DNA of 64,000 nucleotides from Candidatus Bathyarchaeia archaeon (GCA_050010755.1 JBEKKK010000001.1:448001-512000), one strand, 5' to 3'. Positions 20,932-31,269 are shown, counted from the stretch's first letter. Translations and numbers: made by a program. The notes: generated by a model not told the origin, from the sequence alone.

Positions 20932-20990
20932 GATCCTACCCTACAAGATCCTAACCTATAAGCTCCCAAAAACCTGTGGGAGATCCTGCC
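20932..20990. repeat. Degenerate 15-bp tandem (GATCCTACCCTACAA / GATCCTAACCTATAA) in an intergenic low-complexity region
   Basis: Two adjacent 15-mers differing at 2 positions, plus further GATCC(T/C) copies nearby. Confidence 0.45.
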
Positions 20991-21187
20991 TAGGGGAACC
21001 CCTTCTGCTGTGCGACACATATTTCTGTACATCTTTCTCTCTTTGTCTTTCAATATATCTCGTGACGTATCTCGCGCGTGTGTGTATGTAAGTGAGTAAG
21101 AAGGAAAAGAAACAGGAGTAAGGCTTGGCGGGGTAAATTTTTATCCAAACCAAACCAACGCTCGCAACAAAAAAACCGCGCTCGGAA

Positions 21188-22306
21188 TCAGAGGGCAGCT
21201 TGCTTTGGTTTTTTTCTGGCTATTGCAATCACGAAAATCGTCATTGCCGTTATTGTCGTTGCCGCTGCGAAGAGTCCTATACTGCTATACTCAGGTATTG
21301 AGCTATTTGAAAATACCAGTGTGTTGGAGCTGCTGGCTGCGAAGATTTCGCCTTTGCCCGAGTCGTAGATCATGTCTCCGAGCCCTGCTGGAAGTTGTGC
21401 GACTATCGAGTTCGTGTTATCTGATATGACTGCGTTGCCGGCGAACACCATGCCTGTGCCCGAATCGTATGCTATTGTGGAGAAGGGGGTCGCTGTTACG
21501 CCGGTCACGTTTGCAATCACTGTGTCTGAAGTGTCGTTTATGACGGAAACTGTGTTGTCGCCCTCGTTGAATACAAACACTTCACTCTTGGCAGAATCAT
21601 AAGCGATGCCGTAAGGTGAGCTTCCCACGGTTACGTTTGCAACGACAGTGTTATTTGACACGGTGTTGGAGCCCTCGTTTGCCACGAAGATTTCACCCTT
21701 GCCCGAATCGTAAGCCAGGTCTCCACCAGAATTCCCAACTCCTCCTATACTTGCAAAGATGGTGTAGGTGCTGTCATTCATGACGTAGACAGTTCCGGAG
21801 CCGTATGAACCAGGATCAATTATGAATACCTCATTCTTGCCAGAATCGTAAGCCATCCTCGTTGGTTCATAAGGAAAGTTGTAAGCGCTATTGCCGAAAT
21901 CGCCAGCATTTATACCCGCGGCGACGGCGCTGTCGTTATTGTCCGATATGACCGCGAACACTGGAGGGCCAGCTTCATTGCTGCGCGCGTCGCCTGAAGC
22001 AGCGAATATCAAGCCCTTACCCGAGTCATACACCAACCCACCGTTATAACCGTACGCTTCTGTCGTGTACACACCACTCCCAACAACAGAGTTGTTGCTA
22101 TCCGACACCACCGAAACTACGGACCAATCACTGCCCCACTGCACGAACACTGCGCCCAAACCAGAATCATAAGCCATCTTGCCCGCAACACCAGATATCG
22201 TATAGGTCGGCGACAACGTCGAAGTCGCCCCCACGAGCCTCACTGCTGATAAGACAAAAACCGCAAGCAGCAAGAGACTTAACATTCTACAACCCTTAAA
22301 TTTCAT
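21188..22306 (-). CDS. YncE/YVTN-type beta-propeller surface protein with PEF-like C-terminal sorting signal
   Basis: About 7 AYDSGKGEIF repeats; signal peptide; IPEY + TM helix + RKKPK tail. Confidence 0.8.
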   Translation of the reverse strand: MKFKGCRMLSLLLLAVFVLSAVRLVGATSTLSPTYTISGVAGKMAYDSGLGAVFVQWGSDWSVVSVVSDSNNSVVGSGVYTTEAYGYNGGLVYDSGKGLIFAASGDARSNEAGPPVFAVISDNNDSAVAAGINAGDFGNSAYNFPYEPTRMAYDSGKNEVFIIDPGSYGSGTVYVMNDSTYTIFASIGGVGNSGGDLAYDSGKGEIFVANEGSNTVSNNTVVANVTVGSSPYGIAYDSAKSEVFVFNEGDNTVSVINDTSDTVIANVTGVTATPFSTIAYDSGTGMVFAGNAVISDNTNSIVAQLPAGLGDMIYDSGKGEIFAASSSNTLVFSNSSIPEYSSIGLFAAATTITAMTIFVIAIARKKPKQAAL

Positions 22307-22507
22307 AGATGATTTTCACCTTTCTCCTCTTCATAGCTGAAATGACCGAACCATGGAGTCAACCCACATTTATATAAAGTTTACCAAAATCCCTACGCGC
22401 ACAGAATGATACTATTTGCCAAAATCTTCATGCAGGCTCACTTGGGCTGGGACTAAAGTTCGATCCCTAAACCCAAACATGAAAAAACGGCAATAACGGG
22501 CCAAGCG

Positions 22508-22972
22508 TTGGAGAAGGCCCTTTACGATTACTCAAATTGTCTCACAAGGGGGAACAGCGATCAACGCCCCTGCATTATTACGGTAATTGGGTGTTCGGAA
22601 TTGAGTATTCTGTTGGCCTTCTTGCTAACTATCATATTTTTCATTCTGATTCTTGTGGCACACGAAAACGTTCGCGAAGCGGCCGAAAGAGCTGAAAAAG
22701 CTGAAGGTGGTGATTTTGAACTCAAGATGGGCAGGGCAAAGCTGTACGCATGTATCCAATTTTCGGTAGCAGCAGCATGCGTGTTATTCGTCTTTTTGGG
22801 CTACTATTTTGTCCCCGACCTCGGCTGGAACATCTTCCAAACCATTATTGACTTATTCTTTACGATTATGGGCCTCCGTAATGGGTTCATTTACACCTCT
22901 CGATACAAGCACTATCGCGACCAATTCCAAGGGCTCGAACCGCCACCGGACGAAGAATCCGACGAAAACTGA
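22508..22972 (+). CDS. Hypothetical membrane protein (start probably TTG at 22601)
   Basis: Three hydrophobic segments and an acidic tail. Confidence 0.55.
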   Translation: MEKALYDYSNCLTRGNSDQRPCIITVIGCSELSILLAFLLTIIFFILILVAHENVREAAERAEKAEGGDFELKMGRAKLYACIQFSVAAACVLFVFLGYYFVPDLGWNIFQTIIDLFFTIMGLRNGFIYTSRYKHYRDQFQGLEPPPDEESDEN

Positions 22973-23120
22973 CAAACTCACAATCCAACCCCAACCCTTC
23001 ACAGTCAAAACGTCGCAATCAGCACATCGCAGGACCCACACCCAAGAAAGCAGGTCAACCTAAACGCGCGCCAAGACAACAGGCACTTTTCGAATCACGC
23101 GTCACCCAACATGAAAAACC

Positions 23121-23178
23121 TACAAAGCAACATTACATTGCAACATCACATTAGATGTAAACAAAAAAAGGGGAGGGG
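23121..23178 (+). repeat. Dispersed intergenic repeat, copy A
   Basis: TACAAAGCAACAT TACATTGCAACAT CACATTAGATG TAAACAAAAAAAGGGGAGGGG. Confidence 0.8.
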
Positions 23179-23424
23179 TAGACCTGGCGACTCTTCATGT
23201 TCTTATACCCTCATCGCTGTCAAGAAACTCAAACCCAGGAGAAGGCTGCAGGCTGAAAGGTTATTTTGTGAGTTCGACAAGCCTAAATGTTCAGTTTACC
23301 TACATCCTAACTTGATAGCGCATCCAACTCGGGAAAGGTAAGCATGAGAAATATTCTGAACTCTATCTCAAAAGTCAGATTTGTGCTGCTTCTTGCGCTC
23401 GGGAAAGAAACGTTTTAGTTCAGT

Positions 23425-24405
23425 TTGACGCCATCAAGTGTGCAGAAGGCAATTCGCTTGGGCAAATATCTGGTTGTGGATAGAATCGAATTCGTCGTAA
23501 CCTATCTCTGCAACTCAAGATGTGCCCATTGTCAGCTTGCAGAAGAGAGAACAAGGAAACAACCAACCAGCATTGACAAGGAAAAATCTGTTGAGACAGT
23601 CAGGAAGGTAAGTCGGACGCGGGTTCCAAAGTCGATCATGACGTTCGGCGGGGAGCCTCTTCTCTATCCCGAAATCGTCTGCGCCATTCACAACAAAGCA
23701 GAGAAAGAGGGCATCCCCCTTCGAGAAATCATCACGAACGGACTCTGGGCAACAAAAACAGAAGAAATCGACGAAATCGCTCATAAACTCGCGAAATCCG
23801 GCGTTAACGTGGTTTCAATTTCGGTTGATTGCTTTCATCAGCAATTTGTTCCATTGAAGATTGTCAAGAGGGCTGCAGCATCGGCCGTTGAAGCAGGAAT
23901 CGAACGCGTATGCTGGAATCCCTGCTGGATCGTGTCCAAAAACCATGAAAACAAATACAACCGCAGAACCAAAACAATCCTGCAAGAGCTTCGCAAACTG
24001 AACGTTGAAGAGAGCGAAGGAAACAACGTCCAGCCCAGAGGCAGAGCCCTTTCATCCCTAACAGAATTCCTTCCACCCAGAACACCCGTGCCGAAGGGAA
24101 AATGCGGCGACACACCCTACACGGAACCGCTCGATCGGGTCAGGACAATTTCGATAGAACCAGACGGAAGAGTCACCGTCTGCGAAAACTTCCTCATCGG
24201 AAACGCCTTCACCCAAGACATCACCGACATCCTAGAAAACTACGATCCCCACAAAATTCCCGAAGCCAAAACAATACTCGAAAAAGGCATGCTGGGGCTC
24301 ATAGAATGGGCAAAAAGCAGAAATGTCGAACCAAAACCCGAAGGATACTGCAACATCTGCCACATGTGCACCGATCTTCGACAAAGAGCAAACACTGCAT
24401 CCTAA
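23425..24405 (+). CDS. Radical SAM protein with SPASM/twitch-like C-terminus
   Basis: CNSRCAHC, FGGEPLL, ITNG, ISIEPDGRVTVC, CNICHMC. Confidence 0.88.
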   Translation: MTPSSVQKAIRLGKYLVVDRIEFVVTYLCNSRCAHCQLAEERTRKQPTSIDKEKSVETVRKVSRTRVPKSIMTFGGEPLLYPEIVCAIHNKAEKEGIPLREIITNGLWATKTEEIDEIAHKLAKSGVNVVSISVDCFHQQFVPLKIVKRAAASAVEAGIERVCWNPCWIVSKNHENKYNRRTKTILQELRKLNVEESEGNNVQPRGRALSSLTEFLPPRTPVPKGKCGDTPYTEPLDRVRTISIEPDGRVTVCENFLIGNAFTQDITDILENYDPHKIPEAKTILEKGMLGLIEWAKSRNVEPKPEGYCNICHMCTDLRQRANTAS

Positions 24406-24555
24406 AATTCGAACACGCCAACCTAGCACCCTTTTCCATCGCGCGCCTGCCCCTCCTGTCCACATTAACGCGCGGGCTGATTGCTATAGCAAACTCTAAA
24501 AGGGAAAGAGCTTCAAAAATGGCTCATCGAATTAGGTATGAGGGGAACCAGAAGA

Positions 24556-24948
24556 ATGGAAGTTAGAGTTGTCTTCTTGGACGTCGTTGCGCTTCTGGTT
24601 TGGGCTTTTGGATGTCTCACATTTCTTGGGATGTATGGATTTCACATTCTCTTAAGCGGTTTCGGTGTCGTCTTCGGCCTGGTTTAATTCCGACTGACTC
24701 GTAAGTATTTAGCATTCGCCTTGCTAGCGACTATTGTCATTGTGTCACCTATTTTGTACCTTGCTCTCAGTTTTGGATTAGCAGGAGAAATGCAAAAATT
24801 CAGTTTCATGTATCCGCTTCTCCTCGCCCTCTTTGCGACTCGGATTGATCTTATTTCGAATTGGGAAAGAAAACAGAAAAAACAAATTTGGAATAGAGGA
24901 TTCTGGGCAGGTACCCTCTACGCATCTCCAGGACCAGAAAGAAAATGA
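24556..24948 (+). pseudogene. Small membrane protein interrupted by an in-frame TAA
   Basis: ATG at 24556 MEVRVVFLDVV...FGLV*(24685-24687)FRLTRKYLAFALL... continues in frame into ORF 24721-24948. Confidence 0.55.
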
Positions 24949-25009
24949 TTCACTAACAAGCCCTTTTTTCGGAACACTGCACGATACATGGAAATTTACG
25001 CTTACACAT

Positions 25010-25055
25010 TACAAAGCAACATTACAACAGACGTAAAGAAAAAAAGGCGGGGGGG
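25010..25055 (+). repeat. Dispersed intergenic repeat, copy B
   Basis: TACAAAGCAACAT TACAACAGACG TAAAGAAAAAAAGGCGGGGGGG. Confidence 0.85.
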
Positions 25056-25191
25056 CACCGTTCACCATCAAAATCCGGCAACCACATTTAATATAAAAAC
25101 ATGACACAGAAGGCAAATCGCATTCAACACGCGTGCCAACCCTCACTTCTGATAACTTTCGGATCCAACATGGACACACATGTGGATCCAT

Positions 25192-25234
25192 TACATCACA
25201 ACATTACATCTGATGTAAAGAAAAAAAGGCGGGG
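25192..25234 (+). repeat. Dispersed intergenic repeat, copy C
   Basis: TACATCACAACAT TACATCTGATG TAAAGAAAAAAAGGCGGGG; contains the palindrome TTACATC-T-GATGTAA. Confidence 0.85.
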
Positions 25235-25333
25235 CCCCCGCACGAGTCCCATTCTTGCAAGATGTCCGAACTTAAAACTCAAATACAAGCTCCACCCAAT
25301 CCAATAGTCTTCTCAAGATAAAGGTGAAAACTC

Positions 25334-26869
25334 ATGCCCAGAAACCTCATTTCAGATTATAACAGGCTCATGGAGAAAGCCAAAGAACTCGCCATTCTAA
25401 TGTCAGCAGAATCAATCGTCGGCTGGGACATGGAAACCATGATGCCTCCCAAGGGCATCAACCTCCGCAGCCAACAGCTCTCACTGCTCAGCGTAATCGA
25501 ACACAAGATGAGCACGGATCCAGAAATCGGAAAACTGCTCCAAAACATCAAACGAAGCCCACAACACGACAAACTCGACAATATGCAGAAGAGAAACATC
25601 CACCTCATCCAGAAACGCTACGACGAACAGACAAAGCTACCGGAAGAACTCGTCGCCGCCATCGCAAAACAGCAGGCCATAGCAATCGACACGTGGAAAA
25701 AGGCAAAAGCCGCCAAAAACTACCCGATGTTCAGGCCCGAACTCGAAAAACTCGTCGAATTCCAAAAGAAAGCTGCACACATCCTAATGAAAGCCAAACA
25801 AACAGCAACACCATACGACGCCATGATAGACATCTACGAACCCAAGATGACGGCTAAACAGATAACAAAAATCTTCAACGAACTCAGAACAGGACTAGTC
25901 AAACTCCTAAACAAATGCGAAACCGCACCCAACCAGCCAGACATGACCGTCTTGAAACACAAAGTACCCATACCTGTGCAATACAAAATCGCAGTGGCTC
26001 TAGCAGAAACCGTAGGCTACGACGTCACATCAAAACACGCAGGAGGCAGAATCGACCCAACCGAGCATCCGTTCACCACGGGATACTACGACGACGTCAG
26101 AATAACAACACACTACTATGAGAGCATGTTCGCATCCTCAATCTTCAGCGTCCTCCACGAAGCAGGACATGCTATATACGAACAAAACATAAAACAACAA
26201 TGGATGTACCAACCCATCGGCAACGCCGTCTCAAGCGGCTTCCACGAATCCCAATCCCGCTTCATCGAAAACATCATAGGCCGATCCAAAGCCTTCTGGA
26301 CCCACTTCCTACCAAAACTCAAACAAACCGCCAACCCCACCCTCTCAGACCTGAGCCTGGAAAAGTTCGTCCACGCCATAAACCAGGTCAAACCCTCAAA
26401 AATCCGCGTCGAAGCAGACGAAGTCACCTACTGCCTACACATAATCATAAGATTCAACATCGAACGCGACCTCTTCGCCGACAAAATAACCGTCAAAGAA
26501 CTACCCGAAATATGGAACCAAAAATACAAAGAATACCTAAACATAAAAATCGAAAACGACTCCGAAGGCCTAATGCAAGACACCCACTGGGCCAGCGGCC
26601 TATACGGATACTTCCCAACCTACGCACTCGGCAACATCTACGACGGACAACTACTCACAACAATGGAAAAAACCCTACCAGACTGGAAAAAACAAGTAGC
26701 CAAGGGAGACCTCAACCAAACAAGAACGTGGCTCACCAAAAACGTCCACAGCCAAGGAAACCTCTACGACCCAGCTGAGCTAATCAAAAAAATCACAGGA
26801 ACAGAAATAAACGTAAAACCCTACCTAAACTATCTCAACGAAAAATACTCACAACTCTACGACTTCTGA
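25334..26869 (+). CDS. Carboxypeptidase Taq (M32 metallopeptidase)
   Basis: HPF, DVRITT, HEAGH, HESQSR, IRVEADE, GYFPTYALG. Confidence 0.95.
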   Translation: MPRNLISDYNRLMEKAKELAILMSAESIVGWDMETMMPPKGINLRSQQLSLLSVIEHKMSTDPEIGKLLQNIKRSPQHDKLDNMQKRNIHLIQKRYDEQTKLPEELVAAIAKQQAIAIDTWKKAKAAKNYPMFRPELEKLVEFQKKAAHILMKAKQTATPYDAMIDIYEPKMTAKQITKIFNELRTGLVKLLNKCETAPNQPDMTVLKHKVPIPVQYKIAVALAETVGYDVTSKHAGGRIDPTEHPFTTGYYDDVRITTHYYESMFASSIFSVLHEAGHAIYEQNIKQQWMYQPIGNAVSSGFHESQSRFIENIIGRSKAFWTHFLPKLKQTANPTLSDLSLEKFVHAINQVKPSKIRVEADEVTYCLHIIIRFNIERDLFADKITVKELPEIWNQKYKEYLNIKIENDSEGLMQDTHWASGLYGYFPTYALGNIYDGQLLTTMEKTLPDWKKQVAKGDLNQTRTWLTKNVHSQGNLYDPAELIKKITGTEINVKPYLNYLNEKYSQLYDF

Positions 26870-27048
26870 TCAGACCCACCCCTCGCCGGAGACAAAAACA
26901 CCCTCAACAACACATAAGCGACGATCCCGCCGACAAACAAATAAACTCCAGCCCAACCCGCGACGCCAATATAAAAATTAGCCCCATACAAGAACAAGAC
27001 AACACCTAACACAACAACAAGAAGACAAGCAGGCCCCTCCCAATCCAC
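26857..27048 (-). CDS. Small membrane protein
   Basis: GTG start after GGAGCTGG; two TM helices, GVVLFLYGAN.Y. Confidence 0.6.
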   Translation of the reverse strand: MDWEGPACLLVVVLGVVLFLYGANFYIGVAGWAGVYLFVGGIVAYVLLRVFLSPARGGSDQKS

Positions 27049-27325
27049 AAAACCAGCTCCACAAACCAGTTTTACCCCACTAACAACAACTCAAAGTATA
27101 TAGCCTTAACGATACCAAACCAGCATCCGCACAAAAACAGCAACCAAACAGCACAACAACCCAGCCATCCACGTACAACGCACAGGGCACGCATCAAGCA
27201 AAACCCAACTTGCCCAGCGCACCAACAGACACTGCCGCTAACATGCCGAAAACTTTACAACACTCAGCAACACTCGACACCTAAACGCCGAATCACCTAC
27301 ACATCTAACATTTTCTCGCGCACAC

Positions 27326-27386
27326 TCCGACAGTTTTAAATACCACTTACGAAAGCAAATAGCGGTGTGAATAGTCAAATGTCGGA
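27326..27386 (+). promoter_or_regulatory. fae-hps promoter: TATA box bracketed by inverted repeat TCCGACA...TGTCGGA
   Basis: TCCGACA at 27326-32, TTTTAAAT at 27334-41, TGTCGGA at 27380-86 overlapping the likely ATG. Confidence 0.5.
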
Positions 27387-28833
27387 ACACAATGTTAAAA
27401 AACCTGAAACTAGAGAAGAGTTTGTCGACATGCTCCTAGAAGCCGCCAAAAAATCTGCAGAAGACCGCGGCGCCCCAAAACCCAGACCGACAAAACCGAC
27501 AATCCTCGGAACAGCCGAAGCCTTAAACATACACAGAGACACCCTCTACGCCTGGCTCAAAGAGTTTAACGTCGACTTCAAAGAAGTATCAGACGCCATC
27601 CCGACAGAAACCCCGTCGACATACGGCGACGCAACTGGAAAAGTCTACCTCATCGGCGAAGCACTCGTCGGAGAAGGCAACGAAGTCGCACACATCGACC
27701 TCCTCCTAGGCGACAAGAACGGACCCGTCGGAAACGCCTTCGCCCAAGGCATGTGCACTCTCTCGGCAGGGCACACCCCGCTACTGGCCGTCATACGCCC
27801 CAACCTCCCACCCAAGCCGCACACGCTCCTCGTCCCCAAGGTCACGGCCAAAAACATGGAAGACGTAAACAAAATCTTCGGACCCGCCCAAGCCGCCGTA
27901 GCCAAGGCTGTCGCAGACGCGGTAGAAGAGGGAATAATTCCACCCGAAAAGATAGACGATTGGGTCATCGTGTGCAGTGTCTTCGTCCACCCAGCAGCAA
28001 CCGACTTTCGAAAGATATACCACTACAATTACGGAGCCACCAAACTGGCCCTGAAACGAGCCCTAGCAAAATATCCGCCGCTGGAGAAAATACTCTACGA
28101 CAAGGACAGAGGCAAACATCCGATAATGGGATTCAAAGTTCCGCGCTTATGGAGACCACCCTACCTGCAAATTTCACTCGACAACCCCGAACTGGAAAGC
28201 GCAAAGAGAATCATAGCTCAGCTGCCTGGAAGCGACAGAATAATCATCGAAGTAGGCACCCCGCTCATCAAGAGATACGGAACAAAAGTGATAAACGAAC
28301 TCAGAGAAGGAGCCAAGAGCATGTTCTTCGTTGCCGATCTGAAGACCCTAGACGTTGGAAAAGTCGAAGTCGACCTCGCCTACGACGAAACCGCAGACGC
28401 CGTCGTAGCCTCCGGACTCGCACCAGCAGAAACAATCGACGCCTTCGTCCACGAAGCGAAGAGACTGGCAACATACGGAGTCGTGGACATGCTCAACGTC
28501 GAAGACCCCCTCAAAAAACTCAAGTCCCTCAAAGAATTCCCAGACATAATAATCCTGCACAGAGGAATAGACCAAGAAACAGGAAGAACACACGGAATGG
28601 AAATCATCCCCGAAATACGCCAAACCTTCAAAGACAAAAAATTCCTCATCGCCGTGGCAGGTGGAATAGTGCCCGAAACAGCCCGCGAAGCCCTACAGAA
28701 AGGCGCAGACATAATTATCGTCGGCCGATACATAACCCAGTCAAAAGACATCGAACGCGCAGTAAGAGACTTCCTCGAAACAACACCAGAAATGAGAGAA
28801 GACATAGACCTCTTCAGAGTACACGTCGAATAA
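27367..28833 (+). CDS. fae-hps: Bifunctional formaldehyde-activating enzyme / 3-hexulose-6-phosphate synthase with an extra N-terminal HTH domain
   Basis: Fae: IGEALVGEGNEVAHIDL..GPVG..GHTPLLAV.RPN; Hps: IEVGTPLIK, VADLKTLDVG, VAGGI; N-terminal TAEALNIHRDTLYAWLKEF. Confidence 0.92.
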   Translation: MNSQMSEHNVKKPETREEFVDMLLEAAKKSAEDRGAPKPRPTKPTILGTAEALNIHRDTLYAWLKEFNVDFKEVSDAIPTETPSTYGDATGKVYLIGEALVGEGNEVAHIDLLLGDKNGPVGNAFAQGMCTLSAGHTPLLAVIRPNLPPKPHTLLVPKVTAKNMEDVNKIFGPAQAAVAKAVADAVEEGIIPPEKIDDWVIVCSVFVHPAATDFRKIYHYNYGATKLALKRALAKYPPLEKILYDKDRGKHPIMGFKVPRLWRPPYLQISLDNPELESAKRIIAQLPGSDRIIIEVGTPLIKRYGTKVINELREGAKSMFFVADLKTLDVGKVEVDLAYDETADAVVASGLAPAETIDAFVHEAKRLATYGVVDMLNVEDPLKKLKSLKEFPDIIILHRGIDQETGRTHGMEIIPEIRQTFKDKKFLIAVAGGIVPETAREALQKGADIIIVGRYITQSKDIERAVRDFLETTPEMREDIDLFRVHVE

Positions 28834-28869
28834 ACCCATCCACCACTCTTTTTCTTTTTCACAATTTTG

Positions 28870-30060
28870 TCAGAACACCAAGAAGGAGACAAAAGCCGCC
28901 AAAAAGATTACTCCAGCGACTAGGAAAACCTGAAAGAAACCGAAAGCCTGCGCGACAAATGGACCCGCAAGAGAACCAACCGCAGCGCCGATGCCCATCA
29001 AAACATTGATCAAACCAGCCCTGCCAGGCGGTATGAGCTCCATGAACAAAGATTCAATACGCACAGTAAAGACTGCAGCCAACAACCCCATCAAGATTAG
29101 AACCCCCACAGTCAAAAACACGCTGAACGATGATTTCACCAAGGCCGCAATCAACAAGAGAGTAAGCAGGCTACGAGCTAGAATGATGCCCCACACGCGC
29201 GATCCACCACCAGACGTTTCGGTCTTGCGGCCAGCGAACACGTACCCTACTACTCCCCCACCGGAATTCAAAATGAAAACTGCAAAAACAATCGCCGACG
29301 ACATCGCAAGATTCTTACTGATGAAAATTGGCAGAGGCGTAAAGAGTATGTTCGTAGCCAATGAAAAAAGCGCCAGCGCACAACAGAACGCAGCCACATT
29401 CTCAGTCTTCAACCTCTCATTAAGACCCTTGCCGTCCATCATTCTGGAAGCAAGAAAAATACCGCTTGACGCGAAACTAACTCGCTTCTCCATGCTCACC
29501 AAGCTCCTCTCAAATATCATCGGAGGATCCACAACGAATATTGCAGACAGAACAAAAGCCACGAAATTAAGCCCCGCAACCAAAAAAAGCGTGTTCGCCG
29601 CCCCAAAGCTGTAAAACGAAGCAAAAAAGCCCAACACCAAACCGATCAGCGTCCCAATTTCCGTGAACCCCTCATAGAAAGCAAAATTCTTCTCCCAATC
29701 CTTATGCGAATACAACTCCGAAATCAGAACATTCTTGGGAGCCTCGTGAGCAGCATGAAAAATCGCCACCAGCGCATATATCAAAATTAGCAAAGCAATG
29801 TCCGTTGTAAAAGCAAACAAGCTCAACAGAACACTAACAGCCAAAAACGCAAGAAGAATAAAACGTTTATAATGCCGCGTCTTGTCGCACAAGTAACCCC
29901 ACAGGAAAGAGGCAGGCATAGCCGCGAACAGCGCTATACCCGTGATTATGCCAACATAGTACAACCCATGGACCTTGTCGATACTAACTAGATAAAGCGG
30001 CAGAAAAATGGACAATAATCCGAAGCCCATTTCATGAAAGAAGAACCCTATCCGCCACAT
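28870..30060 (-). CDS. MFS transporter
   Basis: WGYLCDKTRHYK motif-A variant; about 12 TM segments. Confidence 0.85.
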   Translation of the reverse strand: MWRIGFFFHEMGFGLLSIFLPLYLVSIDKVHGLYYVGIITGIALFAAMPASFLWGYLCDKTRHYKRFILLAFLAVSVLLSLFAFTTDIALLILIYALVAIFHAAHEAPKNVLISELYSHKDWEKNFAFYEGFTEIGTLIGLVLGFFASFYSFGAANTLFLVAGLNFVAFVLSAIFVVDPPMIFERSLVSMEKRVSFASSGIFLASRMMDGKGLNERLKTENVAAFCCALALFSLATNILFTPLPIFISKNLAMSSAIVFAVFILNSGGGVVGYVFAGRKTETSGGGSRVWGIILARSLLTLLLIAALVKSSFSVFLTVGVLILMGLLAAVFTVRIESLFMELIPPGRAGLINVLMGIGAAVGSLAGPFVAQAFGFFQVFLVAGVIFLAAFVSFLVF

Positions 30061-30554
30061 AGCCAGAAAACCTTCAAAGCAAGATTAAAACTTTTACCCA
30101 TCCCACCAGCAACAAACGACGGTTAACCCACAACAACCCATCCGCCTCAGCGAAACCGGTCAAGGCTTCGAACATTAATGAAAATGAATTAACATTGGAA
30201 CAAAAACAACTCAACAAGCCACGACCAGAGCAGCATGAAAAAGAGAAAACCAATTATGAACATTTCAGAAGTGGTGGGATGCGTCATGCTGCAGAAAAAT
30301 TCTGCGTTGAAATTAACGGGGAAAGGACTCGCATGACGCACCTTGCCATTATTAAATGATGCAAGGCTATATAAAACTTACATTCATCAAAGATCTGTTT
30401 TGATATCTAACCAACATATACGGGTTCTTAGATTCTTTTATATTGAGTCAAAATCGCACGGCCAAATTGTCCGAAGAAACACGCTTTCCGAGCCTTTGAT
30501 AGACCGCTCGAGCAATTCTGCGAAAAACTTCACCGCGCTCGGCTACTCGGCACC

Positions 30555-30690
30555 AGACATTGTTACCACGGCTGTTACCAAAAAACACAGCACCCGCCCA
30601 AAGAAAGACGCTTTCATCTAGAATTTCTTCATAAATTGTTACCACACAACATTACCACGGTTGTTACCAACAGAGAAGGGGGGCCATCCC
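30555..30690 (+). repeat. Dispersed intergenic repeat, long copy E (TGTTACC iterons)
   Basis: CATTGTTACCACGGCTGTTACC...TTGTTACCACACAACATTACCACGGTTGTTACCAACAGAGAAGGGGGG; collinear with the reverse complement of 52085-52230. Confidence 0.88.
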
Positions 30691-30801
30691 GAAGCACGCC
30701 CCGCTCCTCCGGAACCGCCAACTATTTGACAGAACCTGAACGCACAACTCTTAAAAGAGAGACACCCAACTTTCATAGCACTGCTGGAGAGTTCAGCTAC
30801 A

Positions 30802-31269
30802 ATGGCAAAGTTCAAAGTAATCGTTTCAGACCCCGAAGCCGGAACGTCCAAAGCCGTAGAACTTGAAGAAGCTCGTGCAGCCCCGCTCATCGGAAGAAAA
30901 ATTGGCGAAGTCATAGACGGTTCAATAATCGAACTGCCAGGACACAAAGCCCAAATCACGGGAGGCTCAGACAAGGACGGTTTCCCCATGAGACCCAGCG
31001 TCCACGGCGGCGTCCGCCGCAGAATCGTCCTAAGCGGAGGAGTCGGCTTCATCCCAACAAACGAAGGAGCCAGGCAACGCAAAACAATCCGCGGCAACGT
31101 CATAACCGACGAAATCGTCCAGATAAACATGAAAATCACGGAAAAATCAAAACAAGCCAAGGAAGCCAAAAAACCCAAAGAAAAGAAAGAAGAAAAAACA
31201 ACGCCGCAGAAAGAGGAACAAAAGACAAAACCAACCACAGCCCAGCATCCTGCCGCACCAAAAACTTAA
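30802..31269 (+). CDS. rps6e: 30S ribosomal protein S6e (Lys/Glu-rich C-terminal extension)
   Basis: ITGGSDKDGFPM...RKTIRGNVI. Confidence 0.95.
   Translation: MAKFKVIVSDPEAGTSKAVELEEARAAPLIGRKIGEVIDGSIIELPGHKAQITGGSDKDGFPMRPSVHGGVRRRIVLSGGVGFIPTNEGARQRKTIRGNVITDEIVQINMKITEKSKQAKEAKKPKEKKEEKTTPQKEEQKTKPTTAQHPAAPKT

Noticed and set aside
23121-25234. Repeat copies as Xer dif or integron attC sites
   Set aside because: No 11-6-11 dif geometry and no RYYYAAC...GTTRRRY hairpin. No tyrosine recombinase is in the window, and the copies do not consistently follow gene ends.
27753-29009. 418-aa Arg-rich overlapping ORF, and similar ones at 26200-26778 and 24102-24566
   Set aside because: Shadow frames of genes whose A/C-biased third positions suppress stop codons.
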